Shown one piece after another: positions 63,312-64,000 of a stretch of 64,000 bases of DNA. Numbering within the stretch: the stretch's first letter is position 1; each line of letters starts with the position of its first letter. The DNA is from Squalus acanthias (lineage: Eukaryota), in assembly GCA_030390025.1 (NCBI GenBank), contig CM059432.1, positions 130,698,001-130,762,000 of the forward strand. Reading direction: 5' to 3'. The notes beneath the pieces were generated by a model. That model was not told the origin of the DNA, made no database searches, and saw only the letters and a program-made list of their open reading frames with translations. A program made the position numbers and the translations under genes.

Positions 63312-64000
63312 GTAAGATTCACCATTTATTTTCATTAAATTGGCACCTTAGGCGTGGTCTTTCCCATGCCCGACAGCACTAGATGTACCATTCTGTTGGC
63401 CACAAGTACACTGCCATGCAAAATATTTATTTTCTTATCATTTTCATTTGATCTGAGTATCTGGGCCTTCACACCTTGCAGGGGCTATGCTTAGCCTGCT
63501 GCTGGGGGATCCACCTAAAACCGATCCGCCTTCCTCACCCAGCACGGACTTGTGCTACTCACTAACGGCACTGGTGAGGTGGTGCTCAAAATCTCCGTGT
63601 TCTTTAAACTCTCCAACATTAGGTGCGACCTGGAGTAAAACACTCAATTTGTTCAATTTGAGCAGCTGTGAAACGCGAGGCCTTAAAAAAGCAATTTTTT
63701 TTTTTCAGAACTTTTTACTCATGTTTGTTAATCCATTTTGGAGGGGTAGGAATATTCACAGCAGCACCAAAGAAATGTTGCCGTAGCACTTTCTACCAAG
63801 TTATTGGAATCTGTCTACTCTCTTTTAGCAAACAGAAGCAAATAAGCCCCCTAACACTTATTTCAATTATCCTCCTCTGATTTCCTGTGACTCTCGAGGG
63901 AATTTTAACCTTAAAAGAAACGGTTGAGTTTGGAGTGTGGGGGGTAGTTAAATAGTTAAAAATCAGATTCCTGACCCCAACCCGCCCACTTCCGGTGGGA

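Overview
Eukaryotic, repeat-rich genomic DNA, almost certainly from a cartilaginous fish (shark). The evidence is HE1-type V-SINEs, SacSINE1-like DeuSINEs, CR1 and L2 LINEs, and shark-type Penelope remnants. The only supportable host protein gene is on the + strand. It has a CpG-rich promoter near 35.9-36.1 kb and six phase-compatible coding exons (36410-63311, about 262 aa, continuing past the window) encoding an ankyrin-repeat protein, possibly the N-terminus of a non-canonical TRPA-like channel. The window also holds an intact tRNA-Gly(GCC) and a decayed intron-containing tRNA-Leu copy whose anticodon now reads CTA. The rest is mostly nested transposon debris: LINEs, SINEs, a solo LTR and several MITE families. 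The most unusual signal is five short Penelope-like insertions carrying minimal hammerhead-ribozyme motifs. Most are truncated right at the ribozyme core, and one forms a perfect 79-bp hairpin. Most ORFs in the supplied track are TE fragments or noise. All calls were made by eye, with no database searches.
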